Assembly (NCBI GenBank): GCA_963842425.1
Contig: CAWJGQ010000007.1
Coordinates: 370,486-434,485, forward strand
Length of the DNA stretch: 64,000 bases
Reading direction: 5' to 3'
Source of the DNA: an uncultured Acidobacteriota bacterium
GTDB taxonomy: Bacteria > Acidobacteriota > Terriglobia > Acidiferrales > UBA7541
The notes under the pieces are model-generated. The model worked only from the letters and a program-made list of their open reading frames with translations. It had not been told where the DNA came from and ran no database searches. This document shows, in pieces, positions 16,971 through 26,883 of this stretch. Both the position numbers and the translations under genes were made by a program. Numbering within the stretch: the first letter of the stretch is position 1; each line of letters begins with the position of its first letter.

Positions 16971-19391
16971 TCAGGACAAATTGGTCGGATCAACGTCCAC
17001 GATGACGGCGGTTTCGGGGATTTCTTTTGCGGCGCAGAATTCGAGAGCGCCGGCCAACGCTTTTCCGAGCGAGGAGCGGTGCGGCGATTTCAGCACGAAT
17101 TGGAAGCGGTAGTCGCGGCGCAGGCGCGCGAGCGGTGCCGCTGCAGGACCGAGGATCTTCACGCCGTGCTTTTCGAATGGCGCGAAATATCCGGCGAGCG
17201 CTCGCGACCAGCGGATTGCGTTCTCGACTTTGCGGTCGCGCACGAGGACGGTTGCGAGCGCGGTGAACGGCGGGTAGTGCAACACGCGCCGGAAGTGCGC
17301 TTCCTTGTCGTAGAACGAAATGTAATCCTGCTGCGCGGCAAATTGAATGGCGTAATGCTCCGGATAATACGTTTCGACGAGAACTTCTCCTGCAAGCTCG
17401 CCGCGTCCCGCGCGGCCTGCGACCTGCGTGAGCAATTGGAAGGTACGCTCGGCGGCGCGGAAATCCGGACGGCCGAGAGCGAGATCCGCGGCGACAACGC
17501 CGACCAGAGTGACGCGCTCGAAATCATGGCCTTTCGCCACCATCTGGGTTCCGACGAGGACGTCCAGCTCGCCTTTGGCGAATGCGCCGAGCACCTGCTG
17601 GTATTCGCGCTTGGTGCGAACCGTGTCGCGATCGAGGCGCGCGATGCGTGCGGCGGGGAATTGCTCGCGCAGATATTCGTCCACACGCTCGGCGCCGTCA
17701 CCGACGAAGTACATGTATTCGGCGCGGCATTTCGGGCACTGCTTCCGCGGACGGAGCGAATAGCCGCAGTAGTGGCATTCGAGGCGCTGGCGGCTCTTGT
17801 GATACGTCAGCGCGATGCTGCAATTCTGGCACTGGACCATCGCTCCGCAACCGCGGCACATCAGCGACCATGAATAGCCGCGGCGGTTGATCAGCACCAT
17901 CGCCTGCGTATGCTCCTCGAGGCGCAGTGCGATGGCCGAGCGGAGCGCCTCTGAAATCGGAGCGGCGCGATGCTGGCGGCGAAAATCCTCGCGCAAATCC
18001 ACGATGCGAACTTCGGCGAGCGGGCGATTTTCCACGCGCGACGTGAGCTTGAGCAGATGATATTTTCCGGCACGGGCGTTGTGGTAGGTCTCAAGCGATG
18101 GCGTGGCGGAGCCAAGCAGCACGGCGGCGCCCTCGAGGCGCGCGCGATAGACGGCGGTGTCGCGGCCGTTGTAGCGCGGCGTTTCTTCCTGTTTGTAGCT
18201 CGACTCCTGCTCTTCGTCCACGATGATGAGGCCGAGATTTTCGAGCGGCGCAAAAACCGCCGAGCGCGTGCCGACAACGACGCGGGCTTCTCCGCGGCGG
18301 ACGCGCCACCATTCACGCGCACGTTCGATGTCAGGCAGGCCGCTGTGCAGTACGGCGACGCCTTCACCGAATCGCGCGCGGACCAGGCGGCCGACCCACA
18401 GCGTGAGCGCGATTTCGGGAACGAGGACAATGGCCGTCTTGCCGCGCGAGAGAACTGCTTCGATGGCGCCGAGATAGACTTCCGTCTTGCCGCTGCCGGT
18501 GACGCCGTGGATCAGGCCGGCCGCGAATTCGCCAGACAGGAGCCAGCGCCAGATTTCGGCGAGCGCTATTTTCTGCTCGGCGTTGAGCACGTTCGCGGGC
18601 GGGACGAAGTCTGTGTCCCACGGATCCTCGCCGGGCGTGAGCGGTTCTTCCCAAGTGACCAGCATGCCGGCTTTCTCCAGGCCTCGCGCGACAGCGCGGG
18701 ATGCGTTCGCTTTTGCGAGCAGATGCGCGAGTGGCAGCGGGCCGCGCGTGGAGGTGAGCACCTCGCGAATTCTTTTTTCGGCCTCGCCGGCGAGCAGCTC
18801 GGTGGTGCCCGGGCGCCAGGCGACGATCTGTTGCATGCGCGTCTTGCGATGGCGCACGACATCGCGCGCGGAGAGATAGCCAAGGCGCACGAGTTTTTCC
18901 GCGGCTGCTTCGTTCACGCGCTTTCGGCGTGAGCGAGAGGCTGTACCGCCCACTTGCTGGAGGAGCGTTAGTTCGGCGCTCTCGACGCCGGTGGTTTCCT
19001 CGGCGGTGGCAAGGTCGCGAAGGTAGGCGCGGCCGGAGTCGGTGAGCGAATACTCGCGCTCGTGGCGCAGCTCGATTTCCGGCGGAAGCATGGCGCGAAA
19101 TGTCTCGCCGATGGGCGCGAGATAGTAGCGGCTGATCCAGTGGCCCAGTTCGATGAGCTTTGAAGGAAGCGCGGGAAGGGAGTCCATCACCTCGGCGATT
19201 TCTTTTATGCGAGGGATATCCGGCGGGCGGTCGGATTCCGAGAGGGCGACGCCGATCATCGCGCGCCTGCCGAAGGGAACGACGACGCGGCGGCCTACGA
19301 GGGGTTCGCCATCGAGCGCCGGCGGCACGGCGTAGGTAAAAGTCGAGCGCAGCGGAACCGGGAGCGCGACCTCGCAATAGCGTGGGGGCAT
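16971..19391 (-). CDS. priA: Primosomal protein N' (replication restart helicase PriA)
   Basis: 806 aa. Walker A GVTGSGKTEVY, DEEQ box, and a Cys-rich zinc region (CRGCGAMVQCQNCSIALTYH...CHYCGY...CPKC). Confidence 0.95.
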   Translation of the reverse strand: MPPRYCEVALPVPLRSTFTYAVPPALDGEPLVGRRVVVPFGRRAMIGVALSESDRPPDIPRIKEIAEVMDSLPALPSKLIELGHWISRYYLAPIGETFRAMLPPEIELRHEREYSLTDSGRAYLRDLATAEETTGVESAELTLLQQVGGTASRSRRKRVNEAAAEKLVRLGYLSARDVVRHRKTRMQQIVAWRPGTTELLAGEAEKRIREVLTSTRGPLPLAHLLAKANASRAVARGLEKAGMLVTWEEPLTPGEDPWDTDFVPPANVLNAEQKIALAEIWRWLLSGEFAAGLIHGVTGSGKTEVYLGAIEAVLSRGKTAIVLVPEIALTLWVGRLVRARFGEGVAVLHSGLPDIERAREWWRVRRGEARVVVGTRSAVFAPLENLGLIIVDEEQESSYKQEETPRYNGRDTAVYRARLEGAAVLLGSATPSLETYHNARAGKYHLLKLTSRVENRPLAEVRIVDLREDFRRQHRAAPISEALRSAIALRLEEHTQAMVLINRRGYSWSLMCRGCGAMVQCQNCSIALTYHKSRQRLECHYCGYSLRPRKQCPKCRAEYMYFVGDGAERVDEYLREQFPAARIARLDRDTVRTKREYQQVLGAFAKGELDVLVGTQMVAKGHDFERVTLVGVVAADLALGRPDFRAAERTFQLLTQVAGRAGRGELAGEVLVETYYPEHYAIQFAAQQDYISFYDKEAHFRRVLHYPPFTALATVLVRDRKVENAIRWSRALAGYFAPFEKHGVKILGPAAAPLARLRRDYRFQFVLKSPHRSSLGKALAGALEFCAAKEIPETAVIVDVDPTNLS

Positions 19392-19425
19392 GGCAGCGCA
19401 ATAGTGTAACAGCCCGCGCGAGCAG

Positions 19426-19725
19426 CTAAGCGGCTTCGACAGTCAGTTTGAGGCCGATCGCTTTGGTGACGGCGACCAACGTGGAGAGCCGGGGATTGCC
19501 GTGAACCGACAAGGCGCGATATAGGCTCTCTCGCTCGATACCGGCTGCTCTTGCGACTCGTGCAATGCCTTGCGCTTGAGCAAGGTGACGGAGCGCGATA
19601 AGCAGAGCACGAGGTTCGTCGTCATCTTCCAATGCAGCTTTGAGATATTCGGCGGCAAATCCAGGATCCTTCCGGAGCCTGCGAACCATCGCGTCGTCGT
19701 GGGTGACGCTTGTTTTGCGTTTCAT
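19426..19725 (-). CDS. Addiction-module antidote protein (HigA-type HTH antitoxin)
   Basis: 99 aa. ...FAAEYLKAALEDDD...GIARVARAAGIERESLYRALS..GNPRLSTL pattern. Overlaps the upstream toxin gene by 4 nt. Confidence 0.8.
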   Translation of the reverse strand: MKRKTSVTHDDAMVRRLRKDPGFAAEYLKAALEDDDEPRALLIALRHLAQAQGIARVARAAGIERESLYRALSVHGNPRLSTLVAVTKAIGLKLTVEAA

Positions 19726-20051
19726 TGAATTCCGGTCCTTTCCTTGTAGTCCCTGAGATACCTCTGCGCTCGTTCGATGTCCGACGACTGCCTTCGTTTA
19801 TCGCCGCCACAGAAAAGCAATACGCAAACTTTTCCGAGCATCGTGTAATAGACGCGATATCCAGGTCCCCAATCGATTCGCAGTTCGAACAAACGATTCC
19901 CGAGCCTCTTGCAGTCGCCAAAGTTCCCGGCGGCGAGCCGGTTGATTCGGCTTGCAATCTTTGCCTGTGCGCGGGAGTCGGCCAGTTTCGTCAGCCAGGC
20001 GTCAAAGACGTCTTTCCCGGCGCGGTCGAGGTAGTGGCGAATCTCGATCAC
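19722..20051 (-). CDS. Type II toxin, RelE/ParE superfamily (HigB-like addiction-module killer)
   Basis: 109 aa. ...LAAGNFGDCKRLGNRLFELRIDWGPGYRVYY... pattern. The toxin is encoded upstream of the antitoxin. Confidence 0.8.
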   Translation of the reverse strand: MIEIRHYLDRAGKDVFDAWLTKLADSRAQAKIASRINRLAAGNFGDCKRLGNRLFELRIDWGPGYRVYYTMLGKVCVLLFCGGDKRRQSSDIERAQRYLRDYKERTGIQ

Positions 20052-20128
20052 GCGTATGAGTGTAACTTATAAATCACAACATGACAAGCCAGTTGGTGGA
20101 ACGAAGAAGTCCATTCGTCGGTGCCGAA

Positions 20129-21013
20129 TCACAGGCTGACGAGGACGATGCCGACGAAAATCAGGAAGATGCCGAACCACTGGCTGCGGTCCATGCGTTC
20201 GCGGAGGAAAACGCGGGCGAGAAGCACGGTGACGGCGCCGTAGAGGGACGCGAGCACGCTGACGACGGCGACGTGGCCGGAGCCGAGACCGGTGTTATTG
20301 GCGACGAAAGCGGAGGTGTCCGTAAGGCCGGTGAGGAGCAGCAACCACCAGACGTTGCCGCGCGGGAGCGGGAGAGCTTTGCCGCTGGGCAAGCCGACCA
20401 GCAGCAGGACGTTGAGAGTGGTGAGGCGAATGACCCACACGGACATAACTCCTCCAACGAGCGGCACGACGTGGAAACCCAACCACCAGAACATTACGCC
20501 GTAGCCGGTGGCGGCGGCGATGGCGAAAGCAGCGCCTTTTGACAGATGCGCGTGGGCGTGATGCGTTTGTGGGTCCACGGCGTGTTTGTCGTCGGGCGCG
20601 AAAGTGAGCGCGGCCAGGATCATTCCGATGAACGTGAGCGCGAGGCCTGCGCCACGAAGGGCGTGGACGCGTTCGCCGCTGGCGATCGCGAGCGCGACGG
20701 TGAGCGCCGGGTAGGACGAGGAGACTGGTCCGGCGATGCTGATGGCACCGACTTCAAACGAACGGTAGAGACAAAGCCCCGCAACGGTATTGATCAGGCC
20801 GGCAATGGCGGCGAAAAGCCAGGGTGTCCAACCGGGTGGGAAGCTGCGAGAGAAGCCTCCGGTCAGCCAGAGAAAAGCGCTGAGGGCGGTAAAGCCGAAG
20901 AACTGGATGACCATGAGCGTGCGAAAAGCGCCGACGCGACGCGCGGCAAAGCGCGCGGAAAAGTCCGCCACACCCCAGCCGAGAGCCGCCGATATTCCGA
21001 GGATGATTTCCAA
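20129..21013 (-). CDS. DMT superfamily transporter (EamA-like)
   Basis: 294 aa, about 10 TM segments, with the duplicated EamA-type architecture. Confidence 0.75.
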   Translation of the reverse strand: MEIILGISAALGWGVADFSARFAARRVGAFRTLMVIQFFGFTALSAFLWLTGGFSRSFPPGWTPWLFAAIAGLINTVAGLCLYRSFEVGAISIAGPVSSSYPALTVALAIASGERVHALRGAGLALTFIGMILAALTFAPDDKHAVDPQTHHAHAHLSKGAAFAIAAATGYGVMFWWLGFHVVPLVGGVMSVWVIRLTTLNVLLLVGLPSGKALPLPRGNVWWLLLLTGLTDTSAFVANNTGLGSGHVAVVSVLASLYGAVTVLLARVFLRERMDRSQWFGIFLIFVGIVLVSL

Positions 21014-21164
21014 GAGAGATTGATTGTAGGAGTGTAATCCCCGGGGCTAAAGCCCGATTTTTCGCCGGCGATTTCTTGCGGAGCTGGAAGCCCCAAGCTT
21101 CGCGACGTGCTCGGCTCGTTGCACGATGTGTCGGCTTGCCCGCGCGATTGGCATTTGAGCCCTC

Positions 21165-21530
21165 AATCGTCCCTCCGGGACTTGGGACTCCTCTTATCCT
21201 TTACCCGGCACTGCGCTGCGCTTCGTGCCGGGCTAATTACTGTCGCCGCTTCGCGGCTGAGAATCGGAGTGAGAGATGAGCGCCGCACGCTTCCATCCGT
21301 GCGCCTTCGTTATATATCGCCCAATCGGGACCGCGGGTAAAATGTGCCGTACCTACGGCGCTTGGGATTCGGCGGTTTGGTTTCCCCGCCCTGCCGGGCG
21401 GGGCTAACGTCTGCCGCGCCTACGGCCCTTGTCCGAACACTTTGCTTAGAATGACTGACGTCCGCGGGATTTGCGACCAATGGTATTAGGGAAGCCAAGG
21501 AACCGCGCCGGGCATGGCATGCCATGCCCC
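21165..21530. repeat. Cluster of GC-rich hairpin repeats (REP-like) in a 520-bp gene-free gap
   Basis: gtccctccgggac (21169-21181). cccggcac...gtgccggg (21204-21232). gccgcttcgcggc (21245-21257). gccgtacctacggc (21345-21358). ccccgcc...ggcgggg (21385-21404). Perfect 20-nt palindrome gggcatggcatgccatgccc (21510-21529). Confidence 0.6.
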
Positions 21531-21563
21531 TACGGCCGAAAAGCTTGATTGCGTGATGGGCCC

Positions 21564-22445
21564 TTATTTTTTCTTTGGGGGCTCGAGGCCGAGGACGGCC
21601 ATCACCTTCTGCAAATCCTTCCAGACTTCGCCCTTCGCCGCGGGATTGCGCAGCAGGTAGGCCGGGTGATAGGTCGCGATTAATTTCGAGCCTTTGTAGT
21701 CGAACCATTCGCCGCGAAATTTCGAGATGCCCTGCGTGGTTTGCAGCATGGTCTGCGCGGAGCAAGCGCCGAGGCAGCAGATTACCTTGGGCTGAATCAC
21801 GGCGAGCTGGCGAAGCAGATACGGAGAGCACGTTGCGATCTCGTCGGGCTCGGGGAGGCGATTTTCGGGCGGGCGGCATTTTACGACGTTGCAGATGTAG
21901 ACGTCCGGGCGGCGGAGGCCCATGGCCTCGATCATTTGGGTGAGAAGTTTTCCAGCGCGGCCGACGAAGGGTTCGCCCTGAGCGTCTTCGTCTCGGCCGG
22001 GACCTTCGCCGACGAAAACGAGCTGCGCTTTCGGATTGCCGACGCCAAAGACGATGTTTGTGCGCGCTTTGTGCAGCTTGCAGCGGGTGCAATTCGGGCC
22101 GATGTCGGCGCGAATGCGCTCGAGCGAGTCATTCTCAATTTTTTCCTCGAAGAGCGACGGACTGGCGACGGCGGGAATAAAAGCGGACACGGACTTGGAC
22201 GCCGGAGGAGGTTCGGGAGCGCGGCGTGGAGATGCGGCTTCAAGTGCCGGGGATGGATTTGCCGCAGGGGCGGATATCTCCAGCGAAGTTCCCACCCTTC
22301 CCTCCGGGAAGGATGGGGCACCCGTAAAGCCGGGCGACGCTGATTGCGACCCGCGGTCGCGATAATACGGGCCGAGGCGGAGATCTTCGGCGTAGCGGAG
22401 CCATGCTTCGATTTGAGGACTTCTCATTTTTTCGGCAGCCGTCAC
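21564..22445 (-). CDS. Uracil-DNA glycosylase, family 4, with a ~110-aa N-terminal extension
   Basis: CTRCKLHK...VFVGEGPGRDEDAQGEPFVGRAGKLL...HPAYLLRNP are family-4 UDG motifs. Confidence 0.85.
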   Translation of the reverse strand: MTAAEKMRSPQIEAWLRYAEDLRLGPYYRDRGSQSASPGFTGAPSFPEGRVGTSLEISAPAANPSPALEAASPRRAPEPPPASKSVSAFIPAVASPSLFEEKIENDSLERIRADIGPNCTRCKLHKARTNIVFGVGNPKAQLVFVGEGPGRDEDAQGEPFVGRAGKLLTQMIEAMGLRRPDVYICNVVKCRPPENRLPEPDEIATCSPYLLRQLAVIQPKVICCLGACSAQTMLQTTQGISKFRGEWFDYKGSKLIATYHPAYLLRNPAAKGEVWKDLQKVMAVLGLEPPKKK

Positions 22446-23344
22446 TAGAATAAGACGGACGGCAAGTACGCGCCCGCAGGTTCGTTATAGAGACCGATGG
22501 TCATCAGATTCATGGGTTGAATGGTACGCATGCCGCGATCGAGGCACCAGCGGAAAAGCGAGGCATTGCGCATCGGGACGAGAATGCCAGGCGGCGGAAT
22601 TTCCGGAGCGCCAGCGATCAGGGCCTTCATGTCTTCGTTCGTCTCGGCGACGGAGTGTCCGAACATAGAGACAGAAGAAGCGTAGCCGGTGATGCGGCCG
22701 CGAGATTCGACCACCAAGGCCGAGCCCGACTGAATAGCTTCGCTCAGCTCGGCGCCGCGATCGTAGCCGTGCACACGAAACGCGATCGAGTTGCAGGCAG
22801 CGAGATCGTGCGTCTGCGCGGGGCGTACGCGGAAGCCGGGAGTTTCCTGGCGGATGGACGGGCCGAGCATGCAGGCGAGAGGCTCGCGAACGACGAATCC
22901 GAGTTTTGCGTAGAGAGAAAGCGAGCGCATGTGAAATCCGGCCTGCACGAGGCGAACACCGGCGAATTTGTGTTCTTCGGCGCGGTCGAGGACTGCCTTC
23001 ATCAGCCGGCGACCCACGGATCGGTTTTGCGAGGCCGGGTCAATGGTGATCGGGCCGATGCCGGCGATTGCGGTGCGCTCGTCCATGCAGTTGCTGCCGA
23101 CGATTCGGCCGTCCTGTTCCGCGACGACGCAGAAAACGCGCGGGTGTCCGAACAGCCTGGTGAGAAAACTCGCGGCATGTTCCGCTGACGCAATATCAGC
23201 GGGGAAAGCGTGCTTCGTGGAAATCGTGAGGAATGCTTCGTAACAGATCTTGCCGCAGGCCTGTGCATCCGCCGGAACAGCGCGGCGAATCAAGACAGTC
23301 GGCCGCGGATTGCTGCCTTCAACCTGTCGAGGCGAAGACGTCAT
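22445..23344 (-). CDS. GNAT family N-acetyltransferase
   Basis: Acetyl-CoA binding-type segment QNRSVGRRLMKAVLDRAE. 299 aa, probably a tandem GNAT fold. Confidence 0.7.
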   Translation of the reverse strand: MTSSPRQVEGSNPRPTVLIRRAVPADAQACGKICYEAFLTISTKHAFPADIASAEHAASFLTRLFGHPRVFCVVAEQDGRIVGSNCMDERTAIAGIGPITIDPASQNRSVGRRLMKAVLDRAEEHKFAGVRLVQAGFHMRSLSLYAKLGFVVREPLACMLGPSIRQETPGFRVRPAQTHDLAACNSIAFRVHGYDRGAELSEAIQSGSALVVESRGRITGYASSVSMFGHSVAETNEDMKALIAGAPEIPPPGILVPMRNASLFRWCLDRGMRTIQPMNLMTIGLYNEPAGAYLPSVLF

Positions 23345-23358
23345 GCACGATTTCTCCC

Positions 23359-24702
23359 TTACATCTTCGGCTTGACGAGCGCTTGATACACGGTCGGGTG
23401 GCTGATGGCCTCCACGTCGGGCGCGGTGCCGCCGAACATGCGCTGGGTCATGCCGATGAAAATGAGATCGTTCGTGGGATCAATCCAGAACCAGGTGTTG
23501 GCGGCGCCAAACCAGAAGTAGGTGCCCTTGCCGACAGGCTCATTGGCCATCGCGGGATCGTTGAAGACGGCGCAGTCGTAGCCCCAGCCCATGCCAGGGC
23601 GAATCACTTCCGGGCCGATCGAGAATTCGCCGGTCATCAGGCTCGGGGCGAGATGGTTTGTGGACATAAGCTGCACGCTTGCGGGCGAGAGGATGCGCAC
23701 GCCATCGAGTTCACCGCCGTTGAGCAGCATCTGCGCAAAGCGGAGGTAATCCTGCGCGGTTGAGGCGAGACCACCGCCGCCTGAAGGCATCGTCGGCTGC
23801 GAAGCGAAATCGGTGCCGAGCCCATAGGTCGCGGGAGCGGGGATGATGTCACCATTCGGACCTTGCATGTAGAGCGTGGCGAAGCGGTTCCACTTTTCCT
23901 TGGGAACGAAGAAGGCGGTGTCCTTCATGCCCAGCGGCCCGAAAAGACGCTTCTGCAGGAAATCGGGGAAGGTCTGTCCCGTCAGCTTTTCGATGATGTA
24001 ACCCTGAATGTCCATCGAGACGCTGTACACCCAGCGCGAGCCCGGCTGATAGAGCAGCGGAATCTTCGCGAGCTTATCAATCATTTCCTGCAGGGATTTC
24101 GAAGCCATCACGCCCGAGCTCTGATAGAGCTTGTCCACGGGACCGTCGCCGAAGACGCCGTACGTGAATCCCGCGGTGTGGGTCATCAGCTCGCCCATGG
24201 TCGGCGGATGAATGGGATCCTCGAGAATCATTTTGCCGTTCGCGTCCACGCCCTTGAAAACTTTCAAGTGCGCGAATTCGGGAATGTATTTCGAGATCGG
24301 ATCCTTCGGCAGCCACTTGCCTTCCTCGTAGAGCATCATCATGGCTACGCCGGTGACGGGCTTGGTCATGGAGAAAATGCGGAAGATCGTGTCCGTGGTC
24401 ATCGGAGCGCCGCTGGCGAGATCTTTTTTGCCATAGGCGCGAAGGTCGGCCACTTTGCCGTGGCGCGCCAGCAGCGTAACGACGCCGGCGAGTTGCTTCT
24501 GATCCGCCAGTTGCTGCATCTGCGCATGGAGACGGTCGAGGCGCTCGGAGGAGAAGCCAAGCGATTCGGGCTTGGCTATCGCAGCCGCGTCGGAGGATTT
24601 GGCCGCTGCTTGCTGGGCCTGAGCGGGATGCGCGCCAGAGATTACCAGCGGCGCGGACAAAAGCAGCGATAGTGCAAGACGCAAAACGTTTGTGTTTTTC
24701 AT
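23359..24702 (-). CDS. Serine hydrolase, beta-lactamase (class C-like)/PBP family, secreted
   Basis: Signal peptide, SxxK motif (FSMTKPVTG), 447 aa. Confidence 0.8.
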   Translation of the reverse strand: MKNTNVLRLALSLLLSAPLVISGAHPAQAQQAAAKSSDAAAIAKPESLGFSSERLDRLHAQMQQLADQKQLAGVVTLLARHGKVADLRAYGKKDLASGAPMTTDTIFRIFSMTKPVTGVAMMMLYEEGKWLPKDPISKYIPEFAHLKVFKGVDANGKMILEDPIHPPTMGELMTHTAGFTYGVFGDGPVDKLYQSSGVMASKSLQEMIDKLAKIPLLYQPGSRWVYSVSMDIQGYIIEKLTGQTFPDFLQKRLFGPLGMKDTAFFVPKEKWNRFATLYMQGPNGDIIPAPATYGLGTDFASQPTMPSGGGGLASTAQDYLRFAQMLLNGGELDGVRILSPASVQLMSTNHLAPSLMTGEFSIGPEVIRPGMGWGYDCAVFNDPAMANEPVGKGTYFWFGAANTWFWIDPTNDLIFIGMTQRMFGGTAPDVEAISHPTVYQALVKPKM

Positions 24703-24755
24703 GCTGGAGGTTTTAGCTCAGCCGCGCGAAGGTGTCAACGAGATGCGGAAGGGGA

Positions 24756-25967
24756 TTATTGCTTCTGGAATTCGAGGACGCGATCGAGGATGCGATTGGC
24801 CACTTCGAACTTCGAGAGCTTCGGGAGTGGAAGCTCACGGCCGTCGCGGAGGAACAGGGTGACGATGTTGGTGTCGGTGTCGAAGCCGGCGCCTTCCTGC
24901 GTCACGTCGTTGGCGACGATCATGTCGGCGCCCTTGCGCGCTAATTTGCCGCGAGCGTTTTCGGCGAGGCGGTCTGTTTCGGCGGCAAAGCCTACCAACA
25001 CGCGGCCACTTTGTTGCGCAGGGTCGCGGCTAAGCTCGGCGAGAATGTCCGGCGTGGGTTCAAGCTCCAGCCTGAGCCCACCGTCGCCGCGCTTGAGTTT
25101 TTGCGATTGCGCGGCAGCGGGGCGATAGTCCGCCACGGCAGCGGCCATGATCACGACGTTCGCATCCGAAGAGCGCTCGCGCACGGCACGACGCATTTCC
25201 TCGGTTGACCGCACGGGAACCCAATCCACGGTTTCGGGAATGGGCAGGTCCGTGGGACCGCTGACGAGCACGACGTGAGCGCCGCGGCGGGCCGCTGCTT
25301 CCGCGAGCGCATAGCCCATCTTGCCGGAGGAGCGATTCGTGAGAAAGCGCACGGGATCGAGATCTTCACGGGTGGGGCCGGCGGTGACTACAATGGTCTG
25401 GCCTTCGAGATCGCGGCGAAGTCCCAGCACCTCGCGGACCTTTTCGACGATGGCATCGGTGGCGGCGAGGCGGCCCGCGCCCGTCATTCCGCAAGCGAGA
25501 TAGCCTTCGTCGGGGTTCACGATGTGGACACCACGCGCGCGAAGCTTTTGCAGATTCTCCTGCGTGGCGGGATGCTCCCACATGTTGACGTTCATCGCTG
25601 GAGCAACGACGACCGGAGCTTTCGTGGCGAGATACAGTGTCGAAAGGAAATCGCGCGCGATGCCTTGCGCGAAGTGGGCGAGGATATCGGCAGTAGCCGG
25701 CGCAACGAGCAGGAGGTCTATGCGCTGCGCGACCGCGATGTGCTCGATGGCGCTTTCGACGTTCGCGGCTTCCGCGCCGCCAGCGCCGAACATTTCGGTG
25801 ATAACTTTTTTTCCGGTGAGCGCGGCGAAGGTGAGCGGCGTGATGAATTCCTGCGCCGAGCGCGTCATCACCACCTGCACGTCGAGCTTTTCCTGCTGCA
25901 GGCGGCGGACGAGCTCCGCGGCCTTATAGGCTGCAACTCCGCCGGTGACGCCGAGAGCGATCTTCAT
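24756..25967 (-). CDS. coaBC: Bifunctional phosphopantothenoylcysteine decarboxylase / phosphopantothenate-cysteine ligase
   Basis: 403 aa. N-terminal flavoprotein domain (GVTGGVAAYKA...) and C-terminal DFP domain (VTAGPTREDLDPVRFLTNRSSGKMG). Confidence 0.93.
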   Translation of the reverse strand: MKIALGVTGGVAAYKAAELVRRLQQEKLDVQVVMTRSAQEFITPLTFAALTGKKVITEMFGAGGAEAANVESAIEHIAVAQRIDLLLVAPATADILAHFAQGIARDFLSTLYLATKAPVVVAPAMNVNMWEHPATQENLQKLRARGVHIVNPDEGYLACGMTGAGRLAATDAIVEKVREVLGLRRDLEGQTIVVTAGPTREDLDPVRFLTNRSSGKMGYALAEAAARRGAHVVLVSGPTDLPIPETVDWVPVRSTEEMRRAVRERSSDANVVIMAAAVADYRPAAAQSQKLKRGDGGLRLELEPTPDILAELSRDPAQQSGRVLVGFAAETDRLAENARGKLARKGADMIVANDVTQEGAGFDTDTNIVTLFLRDGRELPLPKLSKFEVANRILDRVLEFQKQ

Positions 25968-26030
25968 GGCTAGAAGGCCTTACTCGAGGAAAAACCGACG
26001 AGAAAATCCCCGTCGGGAATACGCACGCCG

Positions 26031-26255
26031 CTACTTGCGGCGCTTGCCGTCCTTGTCCAGCGTGCCTTCGGGCACTTCGGGCAAGGAATATTCGAGGAGT
26101 CCCAACAGCAACTCCTCTTCGGCGATGCGCGAGGTCTTGCGCGATTTCGGGTTATCAATCATGGCCCGGCCGCCAATCATCAACTGGCGAGCGCGGCGCG
26201 AGACGACGACTACGTATGCGAACTGACTTTCCGGAATACTTGTGAGTGCCGCCAT
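26031..26255 (-). CDS. rpoZ: DNA-directed RNA polymerase subunit omega
   Basis: Start set to ATG 26255. ...QFAYVVVVSRRARQLM... is the omega signature. Conserved gmk-rpoZ order. Confidence 0.8.
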   Translation of the reverse strand: MAALTSIPESQFAYVVVVSRRARQLMIGGRAMIDNPKSRKTSRIAEEELLLGLLEYSLPEVPEGTLDKDGKRRK

Positions 26256-26262
26256 TAGAACG

Positions 26263-26883
26263 TCAACCTCCAAATGATTTCAGAATTTCTCGAATATTAT
26301 CTTCGGTCCGGGCCACCCTGCAACGCGAACTCAGTGCGATGGCCTGCACTTCACGGCCGGCGCGCTCGAGATCGTCGTTGACGACGGCGAAATCATAACT
26401 GCTGTAGCTGAGCATTTCCTGCCGCGCGCGTTCCAGCCGCCGCCGAATTTCGTCTTCCGAATCCTGCCCGCGATCCCTTATGCGACGCTCGAGATCATCG
26501 CGAGAAGGCGGCATCACGAAAACAGCGATGGCGCCCGGCAACTTCTGCTTCACCTGCAACGCCCCCTGGACGTCAATTTCCAGGACCAGATCTTTGTGCT
26601 GCGCGAGGGCCTCGTCCAACGCCTTGCGCGGCGTCCCGTACCAGTTCTTTCCGAAGACTTGCGCGTATTCCAGAAACTCGCCCCGCTGGACCATGCCCTG
26701 GAATTCACTCTCGGAGACGAAATTGTACCATTTGCCGTTGCTTTCCGTCTTGCGCGGCGGGCGCGTGGTGGACGAAACAGCCAGCATCGTGCCGGGGACC
26801 TCGAGAATCTTCTGCACCAGCGTGGATTTTCCGGAACCGGACGGCCCGGAAACGATCAGCACCAGTGGATCCGTTCGGCTCAT
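26263..26883 (-). CDS. gmk: Guanylate kinase
   Basis: P-loop GPSGSGKSTLV, ...TTRPPR..E..G..Y.F, 206 aa. Confidence 0.93.
   Translation of the reverse strand: MSRTDPLVLIVSGPSGSGKSTLVQKILEVPGTMLAVSSTTRPPRKTESNGKWYNFVSESEFQGMVQRGEFLEYAQVFGKNWYGTPRKALDEALAQHKDLVLEIDVQGALQVKQKLPGAIAVFVMPPSRDDLERRIRDRGQDSEDEIRRRLERARQEMLSYSSYDFAVVNDDLERAGREVQAIALSSRCRVARTEDNIREILKSFGG

Noticed and set aside
16668-19401. ORFs 16668..17873 (+), 17970..18932 (+) and 18364..19401 (-, alternative frame)
   Set aside because: All overlap priA (16971..19391), which has helicase and zinc-finger motifs. The alternatives are Arg/Ala/Pro-rich frame artefacts.
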